Of a DNA stretch of 64,000 bases, positions 1 to 9,318 are shown one piece after another (within the stretch, counting starts at the first letter, position 1; each line of letters begins with the position of its first letter). The DNA comes from a virus: positions 1-64,000 of IMG/VR virus record IMGVR_UViG_3300048110_000147. One strand, given 5' to 3'. The notes beneath the pieces were generated by a model. That model ran no database searches. It was not told where the DNA came from and saw nothing but the letters and a program-made list of their open reading frames with translations. The position numbers and the translations under genes are program-made.

Positions 1-16
1 TATATAGCATTGTCTG

Positions 17-883
17 TCAAGTGATAAAATCAGATAGGTCGGACACAAAGGTTTGTTGATAGTGATCGCGACATAGGTCCATGACCCTGTTCCGACGTTT
101 CCAGTTGATCTGGGTATCGAGCAACAATGACTCGAACAGTTTGTCTATTTGAGAACCCAACTGTAAATTGATGTGAGGTTTTACATTACCAAAGAGTTTT
201 TCGATCTCGTACTCTTCGCGTATGATGTTCTTCTGGTGTGGCGTGTTCAGTTCTTGCCATGAGAACTGCATAAGATAGTCACGGACTCGTTGGTCACCCC
301 ACGGAGCAATATGGATCTTACCGTACATCTCCGCAACTTTGTTGTGGGTCGCAATACCAGCACAGTGTCCATTGAGATACGCTTCACGGAACTCATTCCA
401 GTTGACGCGTTTGTCTCCACTCTCTTTACACCACTTCACATAGTTACGCTTCTTTTTAAAAGAAGAGTACCGTTGGGTTGCTTTACGAGACGCACCAAAG
501 TATGCATCTGCGACCCATCCAGTGACCGAATACTTTTCGACCATGGCGTCATAAACATAAAGAAAAGGATATGCGGCTGCCTCGAACTCAGACTTTTTAC
601 GACAACCTAGTTCGACCAGTCGTTGGAAGTCTTGTTTGATGTTTGCGGTTGGTATGATGACCGGAGTGAATTCCCACCCCATAGTATCTGCTACGTCACG
701 TGCCTTGACAAAGTCATAGGACTCATGATTGTCCAGAGTGAAACTGTATGCGTGGACCTTGCGTCCAGCATCCTGTGCGCTGATACCTACAGATATAGAA
801 TCGACACCGCCGGACAGTAGTAGTCCGACAGTGTCGTCTGTTACGTGAGTATCGATGTGATCAGTAATAAAGTCTCGTATCAT
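17..883 (-). CDS. PP-loop adenylyltransferase, asparagine synthetase C-terminal-like (no glutaminase domain)
   Basis: LLLSGGVDS PP-loop; GWVADAYFG resembles the AsnB SGEGADELFG motif; C-terminal APWGD...KNIIRE. Confidence 0.7.
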   Translation of the reverse strand: MIRDFITDHIDTHVTDDTVGLLLSGGVDSISVGISAQDAGRKVHAYSFTLDNHESYDFVKARDVADTMGWEFTPVIIPTANIKQDFQRLVELGCRKKSEFEAAAYPFLYVYDAMVEKYSVTGWVADAYFGASRKATQRYSSFKKKRNYVKWCKESGDKRVNWNEFREAYLNGHCAGIATHNKVAEMYGKIHIAPWGDQRVRDYLMQFSWQELNTPHQKNIIREEYEIEKLFGNVKPHINLQLGSQIDKLFESLLLDTQINWKRRNRVMDLCRDHYQQTFVSDLSDFIT

Positions 884-891
884 GCATCTAC

Positions 892-2457
892 TTATGCGGC
901 GACTTCAAGTAACGTTTCACGTTCTGCGCGAAAGGACAGGTACTCATCAAAAGTGTACTTGTTAGACTTCTCATTGTTACATGAACCGCATAATATACGC
1001 AAGTTATCGGGAGTAGTAACACCACCCACATCGACTCCCCAAGAGTGAGGGATATCGTGGTCACCTTGAACTTCGTTTGCCTCTAAAGGAACTGAACAAG
1101 ATTCGCACTGACGATTGACTTCAACATAACGATTGTGGATATCTTGGTCACTGAACGTACGGAGACCATCTAATACCACAATACCGAACTCTTCGTAACG
1201 ACCAGCAAATCGTGTCATCATCTGAGAGATTGTGAATCGTGTCTTACTCAAGTGATTGTGCACACCCAAGTACTTACTGAATGCAGCAGAAATAGTCCAC
1301 TCATCGCTGCTGTCCTTGATCCACGCACCCAAGGTGTTGTCGCTCTTGATTTCCTCCAACATGTAAACCCACGCACGGGCGAATGCCTTTGGATCTCTCA
1401 CCACAAAGTTTTTTTGCTCTGATCGCAAAGCAGTGTCAATACTCATCAAGAATCGGGTGAGCGCAGTGAAGCTACCTTCGTTACGCTTTGCAGCCTTGAT
1501 CTTAGTCGATGGATACTCATCGTAAATACTTGCGATAATATCTAACATCTTTATACTCGACTTGAGTGCATTCTCAAACACGCGCTTCTCGCGGACGGTA
1601 TACTTACCTGAATCGATAATAGAACCTTGCTCAAACATTTCATCAAGCTCATCGTCGCCACACGCAGCTGCGGCATCACCGTTAATGTTCATCTTCAACA
1701 AGCGAGAGGTCACAATGTCATACTTCAAGCGACCCGGCGCGAAACCAATGAATTTCGAATCAAGAAACAATCGATGTGGAACAGTGTCTTGCTCATCGAT
1801 TAGGCGCGATGTGTTACGAACCGCCTCTGCGATAACATTCTCATCTAGTGTATTGCGATGCTCCGCACGTGAGTGGTTTGAACCAGCATTACGGTTACGC
1901 GTCTCAATCGCATCCATGTTTGGTGTAGAGTTGTGATAAACAGTGAATAGCAGTTCTTCCTCTAACCAACGGTTAAACGCAGCAGGATACGCCTCCAGAA
2001 TTTCTTCAGCAGTCATACTAGCGATAGTTGTCTCACCACCGTGGTCATTGACAAAGTATGCCTGATTAGACAACACGAACTGGTTACTCACGAACTCAGA
2101 GAAAGTTCGGCTGCGGTGACCACCGTCAGTAACACGTATTTGTAAACGCAGTTCACCGTCAGGTGTTGAGTAAACAGATACCGCAAGATTAGGTAAGTCA
2201 TTACCCGTGAAGAAGGTCTCTGTGATACCTTGCTTCTTAGTCACCTTGTTCACATCTGGGCGATTAGTCTTAATAGACTTTATCACATATCCAAAGTGAA
2301 TCAGTGCAAGGTACTCACGCACTGTAAGGATACGGCGTTCGCGAATACGGATACCGTTCTCATACTTGAATTGGTTGTTCGGTGAGATGTCGGTGAATTT
2401 TGTTAAAACCGCACCAACATCAACTTCTCTGACTAAACTATCAAATAAAATGGTCAT
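892..2457 (-). CDS. DUF262/ParB-like (GmrS-type) domain fused to C-terminal HNH endonuclease
   Basis: TDGGHRSRT resembles the DUF262 DGQQR motif; C-terminal CESC...DHDIPHSWG...TTPDNLRILCGSCNNEKSN is an HNH signature. Confidence 0.7.
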   Translation of the reverse strand: MTILFDSLVREVDVGAVLTKFTDISPNNQFKYENGIRIRERRILTVREYLALIHFGYVIKSIKTNRPDVNKVTKKQGITETFFTGNDLPNLAVSVYSTPDGELRLQIRVTDGGHRSRTFSEFVSNQFVLSNQAYFVNDHGGETTIASMTAEEILEAYPAAFNRWLEEELLFTVYHNSTPNMDAIETRNRNAGSNHSRAEHRNTLDENVIAEAVRNTSRLIDEQDTVPHRLFLDSKFIGFAPGRLKYDIVTSRLLKMNINGDAAAACGDDELDEMFEQGSIIDSGKYTVREKRVFENALKSSIKMLDIIASIYDEYPSTKIKAAKRNEGSFTALTRFLMSIDTALRSEQKNFVVRDPKAFARAWVYMLEEIKSDNTLGAWIKDSSDEWTISAAFSKYLGVHNHLSKTRFTISQMMTRFAGRYEEFGIVVLDGLRTFSDQDIHNRYVEVNRQCESCSVPLEANEVQGDHDIPHSWGVDVGGVTTPDNLRILCGSCNNEKSNKYTFDEYLSFRAERETLLEVAA

Positions 2458-2491
2458 AATAAATAATCTCTTACTATTAATTTATGTAGCT

Positions 2492-2521
2492 ATAGTAACA
2501 CATGTTTCTATAACATGTCAA
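2492..2521 (-). promoter_or_regulatory. sigma70-type early promoter with palindromic spacer
   Basis: TTGACA-N18-TACTAT with TGn extended -10; ACATGTT-N5-AACATGT in spacer. Confidence 0.8.
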
Positions 2522-2766
2522 GTGTTTTGCTCAATTATTTCCTTAATTTGTTTCTTGTTTAATTTCTTAAACTTACGTCCTTTAGTAGACCAAGATTTCT
2601 TAGGCGTATTAAAGAGCTGGAAAACTCCAGTACGACGTGGTACGTAACCGACAAGGTCTGTACCTTTACTCACGTAGATGTGGTTGGTGATATTCTCCTC
2701 ACCCCAATCGGTTATCTCTTCGCGCCACAGGAAACGACACGCTTCTTCAAGACTTATGATATTCAT
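2518..2766 (-). CDS. hypothetical protein
   Basis: 82 aa ORF in tightly packed minus-strand run. Confidence 0.6.
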   Translation of the reverse strand: MNIISLEEACRFLWREEITDWGEENITNHIYVSKGTDLVGYVPRRTGVFQLFNTPKKSWSTKGRKFKKLNKKQIKEIIEQNT

Positions 2767-2767
2767 A

Positions 2768-3148
2768 TTAAAACTCCATCGCGAGTTGTTGACCAGCAGA
2801 AATGTTGACGACCTTCATCATCTTCATCATGTTGCTGTTAAGATAGTGACGGTCCATTGGATTAGGACCAGTCGCAATGCTGTAGTAGTCAGCGTTACGT
2901 AGTGGATCGCCCGTAGGCAAGTCACGGTGAACAAACATCACCTCACCTTCTTGAACACCTTTACCATTTGTAAACTGGATGGTCTCGCCTACTTCAGCGT
3001 AGTCAGAACGATTAGTGAACTCACGCGCACTAGAAACATACAAAGCAGATGGGTTTGGATATGACTCCATATGGTCATATGCATCTTGGCGAGTCTCGAA
3101 CGGACCTGCCGCTCTCATGTTTTTGTAGTTTTTCATAACGTAGTACAT
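2768..3148 (-). CDS. hypothetical early protein
   Basis: Start MYYVMK after GAGAG RBS and promoter. Confidence 0.65.
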   Translation of the reverse strand: MYYVMKNYKNMRAAGPFETRQDAYDHMESYPNPSALYVSSAREFTNRSDYAEVGETIQFTNGKGVQEGEVMFVHRDLPTGDPLRNADYYSIATGPNPMDRHYLNSNMMKMMKVVNISAGQQLAMEF

Positions 3149-3181
3149 AATCAACTCTCTCTTTATCAATTCAATGTAAAC

Positions 3182-3211
3182 ATTATACCACATGTTTTTA
3201 CAACATGTCAA
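3182..3211 (-). promoter_or_regulatory. early promoter
   Basis: TTGACA-N18-TATAAT; same palindromic spacer. Confidence 0.85.
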
Positions 3212-3230
3212 GGCATTATGCTAAATTAAT

Positions 3231-3476
3231 TTACCAAACTTCATCGCCAGTGGTGCGGAATCGCAAAAGGGGGCGTAACTCTTGACCCAACTCACGAGTA
3301 GTCATGTTGTCTGCTTGACACAAACAAGTTTGGCTGCTGTGGAAGTCACGGAAAAACTGTTCATCGAGATCAGACTCGACGCAATCTTCAAGACTCCAGT
3401 CTGCGAACAAATCGTCTAGTAACATCTGGTTATCTTCGCTCATGTATCGTGTGTGGGAGTTGTATTCCAGTTCCAT
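3231..3476 (-). CDS. hypothetical acidic early protein
   Basis: 81 aa ORF, AGGAG RBS, own promoter. Confidence 0.6.
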   Translation of the reverse strand: MELEYNSHTRYMSEDNQMLLDDLFADWSLEDCVESDLDEQFFRDFHSSQTCLCQADNMTTRELGQELRPLLRFRTTGDEVW

Positions 3477-3510
3477 CTCTATCTCCTTGTTAACTCGACT
3501 TTATGTAGCT

Positions 3511-3573
3511 ATTATACCAAATTTTAAAAGAAAGTCAACACTTAATCGTGACTAATTTTAGGTAATAAGTCAC
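3511..3573 (-). promoter_or_regulatory. early promoter with upstream GTGACT-N14-AGTCAC palindrome
   Basis: TTGACT-N16-TATAAT; palindrome at 3548-3573. Confidence 0.7.
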
Positions 3574-4004
3574 ATTACCACTAGGGTGTCTACTAGGTTC
3601 ATTAGTACTGCTGTACCTGAGATAGCACTCCCTATCATGATTGCTTTGTCATTCCAACAATGACCAACATAAACCCATGCAGTAGCAGCAGACGCATAGC
3701 ATATCTGTCCCGCGATACTGAATCCTGCACTCATGGTGAACACTCCAACCACACCAAGTACAGTAGCACCCCACTTGACATAACTATCAATGGTACCCGT
3801 CGGTGTTGCTGGTTTCAGATCTTCGACTTCTAGTTGCAGTTCTTCCATCTCTTGTTTGAGACGTTTACGCTCGACATTAAGTTCCATAGCAAGTCTTCCT
3901 GCTTTGGACATCGTACTACCGGCAAACTCCTGTTTGACTTCCGGACTGATTTGACTTTCAACCTTTGCTACGCGCTGGTCTTCTTCAATAGAACTTTTAC
4001 TCAT
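3570..4004 (-). CDS. coiled-coil plus 3-TM membrane protein (related to 46547..46834)
   Basis: DSYVKWGAT...WVYVGHCWNDKAIMI similar to DWYLKWVAS...WTWVSVIWKDRALIM. Confidence 0.6.
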   Translation of the reverse strand: MSKSSIEEDQRVAKVESQISPEVKQEFAGSTMSKAGRLAMELNVERKRLKQEMEELQLEVEDLKPATPTGTIDSYVKWGATVLGVVGVFTMSAGFSIAGQICYASAATAWVYVGHCWNDKAIMIGSAISGTAVLMNLVDTLVVM

Positions 4005-4300
4005 TATCTTCGCATACTCGCAAGGTCTTTCATCTGTTGTTCATCAATCACGGGGATTGCATTGGACTTGTGCATAGTGCCGATACCCTTGACTAGGGTT
4101 CCGGTGTAGTTCATTATTTCTTTCTTTTCGGTACTGAAAGTACCCGAATCGTGAGATTTATAAACTGGAGTCTCCCTTCGATAAGGTTCACTCTTTACTT
4201 CCATAGGCTGGAATGTGGGGGTAGGTTTCTTCTTGGTAGACCAAGCATTGTACGTCTTCTTTCTACCAGTAGTAGTATGTCGCATTGAACCGTGTATCAT
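4004..4300 (-). CDS. conserved T4-like hypothetical protein
   Basis: YTGTLVKGIGTMHKSNAIPV motif. Confidence 0.65.
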   Translation of the reverse strand: MIHGSMRHTTTGRKKTYNAWSTKKKPTPTFQPMEVKSEPYRRETPVYKSHDSGTFSTEKKEIMNYTGTLVKGIGTMHKSNAIPVIDEQQMKDLASMRR

Positions 4301-4632
4301 AATAACTCTGCCGCTATTTCATTTTCTTTTAAAAAGTTATTCAACGCTCGTTTCGCTTTCTTATCACCATAGATGATGGAATCAGGGATGCGTACATTGT
4401 AACGATAGGAATATAACTTACAAGCACTTTCCCAAGGGGTTTTGCTAGTACGCAATATCTTCTCTTCATCAAGTAGAGAATCGAGCTTCTCCCAAGGAGA
4501 GTAAGAACTCTCTGGTAGACGATGTTTACTTACACTTTCTAAGATCGAGTTGATCACACCCTCATCATCATCGAAAGGGGTTTCTTTGGCAAAGGACAAA
4601 GCATATCCTAGTCCTTGTTCATAATCCATCAT
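4297..4632 (-). CDS. hypothetical early protein
   Basis: ORF downstream of promoter at 4673-4702 (TTGACA-N18-TATAAT). Confidence 0.6.
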   Translation of the reverse strand: MMDYEQGLGYALSFAKETPFDDDEGVINSILESVSKHRLPESSYSPWEKLDSLLDEEKILRTSKTPWESACKLYSYRYNVRIPDSIIYGDKKAKRALNNFLKENEIAAELL

Positions 4633-4824
4633 AATATAACTCTCAAGTTGTTTCATTAAATATACAATGTGTATTATACGACACATTCTAGGGTGCTGTC
4701 AAGTGTACAATCCTTTTACATTCATCAAATCTTCGAATACTAGTAAGTACACCGAACAGGTCATCATCTGCCTTCTGGGCAAACCCTAACCAAAGTATCA
4801 ATAAGATACGTAGTACCCAAACAC

Positions 4825-5373
4825 TTATCTCTCTAGGAACCACTCAGGAACCTCGCGGTTAGTCCACTTGGCAAAGTACTTTTTCTCTTCACGGTAATAC
4901 TTGCGGTACCCTTCGGTAACGACAGTCTCCTTACAGTGGTCTGGCATACATTGTGGCATGACCGTCTCTGGTCCTACCTGATTGATATTACGTGGAGAGA
5001 ACCACAGAAGTCCAGACAACTTCTCATAGGTAGCATGGATGCGCCCGTATCGGTGAGTGTACTCTTTTGCACATGCGACAAAGTGATCGTACAACCATCG
5101 GTAATTCTTGTTGTTCTCACGACACCATATAGCAGATGGGTGGTTTTTGTGTGCAACTTTGTATAGCATATTCTCACGTGCTTCGCCATCGACTATATAA
5201 TGGTCTACCATACGTTTTCCGGACTTGGAAGGTCGACGTTCGACAGACCCGTCAAGAACCCGATGCGCAGTCGAGAGTAGCTGACCGTACTCGGTAACCA
5301 TCTTGACTACATGCTTGTCACACATCATCTGTGCAGATATCACTGGATCATCATCTAATCTAAAAATATTCAT
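4825..5373 (-). CDS. pyrimidine-dimer DNA glycosylase/endonuclease V-like protein
   Basis: MNIF.LD.DP..SA...CDKHVVKM..E..QLLSTAH; HKNHPSAIWCR; YR.YYR.EK. Confidence 0.7.
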   Translation of the reverse strand: MNIFRLDDDPVISAQMMCDKHVVKMVTEYGQLLSTAHRVLDGSVERRPSKSGKRMVDHYIVDGEARENMLYKVAHKNHPSAIWCRENNKNYRWLYDHFVACAKEYTHRYGRIHATYEKLSGLLWFSPRNINQVGPETVMPQCMPDHCKETVVTEGYRKYYREEKKYFAKWTNREVPEWFLER

Positions 5374-5425
5374 ATAGTATATCCCCTATTGAGTTAAGAT
5401 ATTATATACGAAAAAACGGCATCTG

Positions 5426-5872
5426 TCAATCTTTTTTAGAAATTAATTGTTTTCTCTGTAGCAGTGATGATTTTGACATCTTCCAGATAACAAGTAGCGG
5501 GTCATACATCCACAGAAACTTCTTGTGTCCTGCTCTTTCCATAGTTTCCCACGGTACGAATGCCTTGGACCAATTGTCAATGTACAGGTTTCCTATCCGT
5601 AGAACAACGTGACCTTCGCCTTTCTTGGTGATGACTCTACGCAACTGTACTTGCATTGTGATGACATTGATCCAGAAGTTGATCATTGATTTACCACTCA
5701 TCAACCATAGTAGCGTAATGGCGTAGTCTTCACAGTCTCCCTCGTACGGTGGTTCCTTTAGGATGACCCATCGATCAAACCCATGTCTTTCACTATCGTA
5801 TACATACTTCCACGTCTCGTTCAAATGAGCGACGTGCTCTTCCTTGTTTAATAAGTCTAACATATTTTTCAT
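5426..5872 (-). CDS. transglutaminase-like cysteine peptidase (BTLCP/C93, LapG-like)
   Basis: GDCEDYA (Cys), GEGHVVL (His), YIDN (Asp) triad; late promoter at 5893-5900. Confidence 0.75.
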   Translation of the reverse strand: MKNMLDLLNKEEHVAHLNETWKYVYDSERHGFDRWVILKEPPYEGDCEDYAITLLWLMSGKSMINFWINVITMQVQLRRVITKKGEGHVVLRIGNLYIDNWSKAFVPWETMERAGHKKFLWMYDPLLVIWKMSKSSLLQRKQLISKKD

Positions 5873-5892
5873 CCATTGAATAATACTTTTTT

Positions 5893-5924
5893 TATTTATA
5901 TGGAGAGTCAAAAGAGTATAAATA
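5893..5924. promoter_or_regulatory. back-to-back T4 late promoters (TATAAATA on both strands)
   Basis: tatttata 5893-5900 (minus) and tataaata 5917-5924 (plus). Confidence 0.75.
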
Positions 5925-5929
5925 ACTGT

Positions 5930-6181
5930 ATGAAAGAACTATTTGATTTCGGTTTCACCGCAGTAGACGAATCAGAACTCGATGCTGTTCAACAGCTAGA
6001 GAATGCATCTGATGCTGTGGATGACTACCTAACACGCCTTGATAATTTGTACAATGCGATACAACCACTCTTGACTAACCTCAAGATGAATCCTGAGAAG
6101 GAGTACATACTGTGGCCAAATCGTTTGGAGAAGATCGAGGAATTCGAAACACACATTCAAAACATCTATAAGGGATCCTAA
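5930..6181 (+). CDS. conserved T4-like hypothetical protein
   Basis: FDFGFTAVDE...PLL.NLK.NPEKEYILWPNR; ATG 5 nt after late promoter. Confidence 0.7.
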   Translation: MKELFDFGFTAVDESELDAVQQLENASDAVDDYLTRLDNLYNAIQPLLTNLKMNPEKEYILWPNRLEKIEEFETHIQNIYKGS

Positions 6182-6184
6182 CCA

Positions 6185-7027
6185 ATGTTTTTTAATCCAA
6201 AATTAGAAACCATCCTACTGAGTGATGGTACACAAACTCACGTTACTGCCGAAGAGAAAGAGGATTTTGCACGTTCGTTAAACGCTGTTTTCAATAGGGT
6301 AACTGTTGGAAGCGGTAAGTATCTACGACACAAGTCTTCAGAACTAAACGTATCCGAAGAGATGATCTCTCGCGGACCAATGTTCTGTAATGCTCTAATG
6401 TCACGTGGATATAAGAACATCCTATTTGTCGGTCATTTTAACTCTGGCCAGTCTAACTGGATGCTTGACGAATTCGCTGGTCGCATGATTGATTTGATGC
6501 CACCAGAACGTAATGGGATGAGTACTTTTCCAGACCTGAACATTGTAGCTCAGTCTATTCCGACTATGATGTCCATGTTTGACTATGATTGTGAATTCAC
6601 AGTCGCCCGACCACCAGAAAATAAGCATAAAGGCGCAATGCACCAGATGTATAATGTCTTTAATAGTCAGTTTGTTTCTTTATGCTCGCATCAATACAAG
6701 CACGGACAAACCTCTTGGACTCTAGAAGGTGAACACGAGAAATTCGACGCAGTCGTATTCCTTGGCGTACCTATGCAAGATCAAGAAGTTGGGTTCGAAG
6801 AAGATCAAGTCCGTGAGATATTTGCACCTATGTGCACCCCAGAATTTGATATGGTTGACATTTACTACGGTGCACCTTCCGCAGTTAAATGGTTTAATGG
6901 TGAAGAAAAAGACAGCAAGACAATGGTCGACACTGCGTTTGCTCTACGTTCAACGTGGGATAACCAAATGTCATCAGGCCGCCCGGAAGAATGCGACATC
7001 ATGCACAGCATGGTTAAAGTATTCTAA
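6185..7027 (+). CDS. hypothetical protein
   Basis: 280 aa ORF followed by terminator. Confidence 0.7.
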   Translation: MFFNPKLETILLSDGTQTHVTAEEKEDFARSLNAVFNRVTVGSGKYLRHKSSELNVSEEMISRGPMFCNALMSRGYKNILFVGHFNSGQSNWMLDEFAGRMIDLMPPERNGMSTFPDLNIVAQSIPTMMSMFDYDCEFTVARPPENKHKGAMHQMYNVFNSQFVSLCSHQYKHGQTSWTLEGEHEKFDAVVFLGVPMQDQEVGFEEDQVREIFAPMCTPEFDMVDIYYGAPSAVKWFNGEEKDSKTMVDTAFALRSTWDNQMSSGRPEECDIMHSMVKVF

Positions 7028-7056
7028 GGAACTTACCCGACAGTAAGAAAACGAAG

Positions 7057-7082
7057 AAGGGACCGAAAGGTCCCTTTTTTTA
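7057..7082 (+). terminator. rho-independent terminator, possibly bidirectional
   Basis: aagggaccgaaaggtcccttttttt hairpin with GAAA loop between convergent genes. Confidence 0.85.
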
Positions 7083-7226
7083 TATCCAGTAAAGTATCAA
7101 TCCGAAGATTGCACACCATATTAACACGTTGGGCCTATACCCCCATACGATTTTAAAATCAATTGCGGTGTCCGCTACGAACTCTTTTACTGTTTGTGCG
7201 CAATTCAATAGAAACTCTTTAATCAT
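7080..7226 (-). CDS. small membrane protein (48 aa, not in ORF track)
   Basis: MIKEFLLNCAQ...VLIWCAIFGLILYWI; overlaps the upstream stop. Confidence 0.5.
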   Translation of the reverse strand: MIKEFLLNCAQTVKEFVADTAIDFKIVWGYRPNVLIWCAIFGLILYWI

Positions 7227-7860
7227 CAATTACCGATCCCACTTCGACAGATGCATTTTCAGGCAGGATGAACTTAATCCCTGCATGGTTGTGATGTATT
7301 ACAAATTTGGTATTACTGAACTCTCTAAAGAAGAATGACCAGATAGGTCTCCAGTTACTTGCCATGCGGTGTACGTTCAGAGCAGACCTGTTAGACTTTA
7401 TGAAGTTGTCTGTGAAACTGTCTATGGTCATATCGAACATCGCATCAAAACCATACATATGGATTTCAGTTGCTTTCATTACACGACATGCATAGTCCAC
7501 TGCCATGTGACCACAAGAATAGTTTGATGCTGCTTCCGATAGTTTATGGCCAGGTAGTTGTGCATATGGGGGAACGTGTGTATGGAACCCACGGATATTC
7601 GGAGAGTATTTTAGATAGAAGGTAGGACTCTTTTCCATCCATCGACGTGGTCGCGTACCTAGAATCCAGTCGTATTGGTCTAGTGAGACCTCCCCTTTCT
7701 CTAGTGCCTCCATCATTTTGAAGTCAACCATACATGAAGCATAGACTTCATTTTTAGGTAAATTCATGGGTGGCATGTTGCAGACGACAAGTTCGCCTGG
7801 CGTTCCTCTTTCAAAGAGGTCGGCATTCTCACCGTTACCCAATACATTAACTCTTCTCAT
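7219..7860 (-). CDS. GT29/DUF115(Maf)-like glycosyltransferase-fold protein
   Basis: VLGNG N-terminal motif; SCGHMAVDYA...EIHMYGFD. Confidence 0.5.
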   Translation of the reverse strand: MRRVNVLGNGENADLFERGTPGELVVCNMPPMNLPKNEVYASCMVDFKMMEALEKGEVSLDQYDWILGTRPRRWMEKSPTFYLKYSPNIRGFHTHVPPYAQLPGHKLSEAASNYSCGHMAVDYACRVMKATEIHMYGFDAMFDMTIDSFTDNFIKSNRSALNVHRMASNWRPIWSFFFREFSNTKFVIHHNHAGIKFILPENASVEVGSVIDD

Positions 7861-8234
7861 TTTACTTTTGCGCCAACTGGTTCTCTGTGGTATCTTCCAT
7901 ATACACAATGCGCAAGTTCATGACCCCAAGTATCCATATGATCATCATCGATACTATTAGGTACAACGACATAGATTTCGCATCTAGACATTTCACCCGA
8001 TTCTTTGCTTTTCCACCAGCGAGAATATCCTAGTGAAGGTTCGTTGTGAGTCTTGATGTCCTTTACCGCTTTGTCATATTCTCTTTGAGTCTGGAACGTA
8101 TACACCGTCACAGGGAATTGAACTCCGCTGTTATCCATTGTTCCTGATATTTTCTTATTAGGCGATGGTTCGCATGATACTAATAATAGTACCGTGAAAC
8201 CGATTATGATTTTAGCTAGGGTATCTCGTAGCAT
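7857..8234 (-). CDS. lipoprotein with HExxH metallopeptidase motif
   Basis: LLLVSC lipobox; GHELAHC. Confidence 0.6.
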   Translation of the reverse strand: MLRDTLAKIIIGFTVLLLVSCEPSPNKKISGTMDNSGVQFPVTVYTFQTQREYDKAVKDIKTHNEPSLGYSRWWKSKESGEMSRCEIYVVVPNSIDDDHMDTWGHELAHCVYGRYHREPVGAKVK

Positions 8235-8562
8235 GACCTTCCTCCGTTAGTAATGTATTTATACATTTCCACTCATTGTAACCAGTTTCAATAAATACTT
8301 CTGCGAGGATACGACCATACTTACCTTCTTTGTGGGTAATGACCGTTACCTTGGTACCTACCGGAGCCATCTTATTGACATAATCTGTTGCTGCAAGACC
8401 CTTTTTCTTTTCATCAAGGTCTCTAGTACGTGACTCGTAAGCATCAATACCAAAAAGGCGCAGGCGCTGGTTAGCGTAAATGAGACCAAAACCAAGGTCA
8501 ATATCAACGTCGACGGTATCGCCGTCCACCCATCTACGTATTGTTGCTTCATAGTTATACAT
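8212..8562 (-). CDS. thermonuclease (SNase-like)
   Basis: DGDTVDVDIDLGF...RLRLFGIDAYE...GKYGRILA. Confidence 0.85.
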   Translation of the reverse strand: MYNYEATIRRWVDGDTVDVDIDLGFGLIYANQRLRLFGIDAYESRTRDLDEKKKGLAATDYVNKMAPVGTKVTVITHKEGKYGRILAEVFIETGYNEWKCINTLLTEEGHATRYPS

Positions 8563-8572
8563 CACCCACCTT

Positions 8573-8779
8573 CTATCTAGGAATATTCTGCGCGACATCA
8601 AGAATGTCCTGATATTCCGCAATCTCTTTCATTTCAGAAACAAGCGACTCCATGACATCGGGGTGTTCTCCGATACCAGCTGGATTGGTTAAATAAATCT
8701 CAACATTCGCTTTATGGTAAGCAATCTTACCCTGCACGTGTGCGATGGTCGCATCAATCATTCTTTCTCGTAAATTCAT
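8573..8779 (-). CDS. conserved phage hypothetical protein
   Basis: YLTNPAGIGEHPD motif. Confidence 0.65.
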   Translation of the reverse strand: MNLRERMIDATIAHVQGKIAYHKANVEIYLTNPAGIGEHPDVMESLVSEMKEIAEYQDILDVAQNIPR

Positions 8780-9246
8780 CCTTTAGTTCCTACTCTTGCC
8801 TTTTCTACTGCACGAGAACCAAACCAGAATGCCATTATGGCTGCAAAGATTGCTTTGGTATCATCGTCCCACAATGTATTTAATGCCTCTGATAGAGGTG
8901 TACCATTACTTAGTGCATCCTGTAATAGAGAAAACTCTATCATCGCAAACAGGAAAAAGAAGCAATAGGTAATCACGGGCCTCACAGACTTTTGTAGTCC
9001 GGATATGAACCCTGTCCCTTGTGCTATTGTTGTATCATGTTCCAGTAGTGCCTTCTGTTCTTCATGAAGACCCATTTCCTGAAACCGTTTTATTTCATGG
9101 TCATAACCCGCCGAAGTGAGTTCTGCCATCTTTTCCATTTTCTTTAGTTCGAATTCTTGATTACGTTTGGACTGAAAGTGATCAGTGATTGCCGGTACAA
9201 CCGAACTACCAAACCCTAGAAGCGAACCTAATATCCCACTCAACAT
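8776..9246 (-). CDS. 3TM holin-like membrane protein
   Basis: SVRPVITY...FWFGSR motifs. Confidence 0.55.
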   Translation of the reverse strand: MLSGILGSLLGFGSSVVPAITDHFQSKRNQEFELKKMEKMAELTSAGYDHEIKRFQEMGLHEEQKALLEHDTTIAQGTGFISGLQKSVRPVITYCFFFLFAMIEFSLLQDALSNGTPLSEALNTLWDDDTKAIFAAIMAFWFGSRAVEKARVGTKG

Positions 9247-9258
9247 ATCTCATCCTCC

Positions 9259-9294
9259 AAAAAAAAAGACGGGAAAGTTTCCTGTCCCGTCTTT
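9259..9294 (-). terminator. rho-independent terminator
   Basis: AAAGACGGGA...TCCCGTCTTTTTTTTT on minus strand. Confidence 0.8.
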
Positions 9295-9318
9295 ATATAT
9301 CATTAAACTAAGTGCGTA

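Noticed and set aside
17-883. QueC (7-deazaguanine) or DndC assignment
   Set aside because: Lacks the QueC C-terminal Cys zinc motif and the PAPS-reductase SGGKDS context; no dpdA, queD, queE or folE in the window
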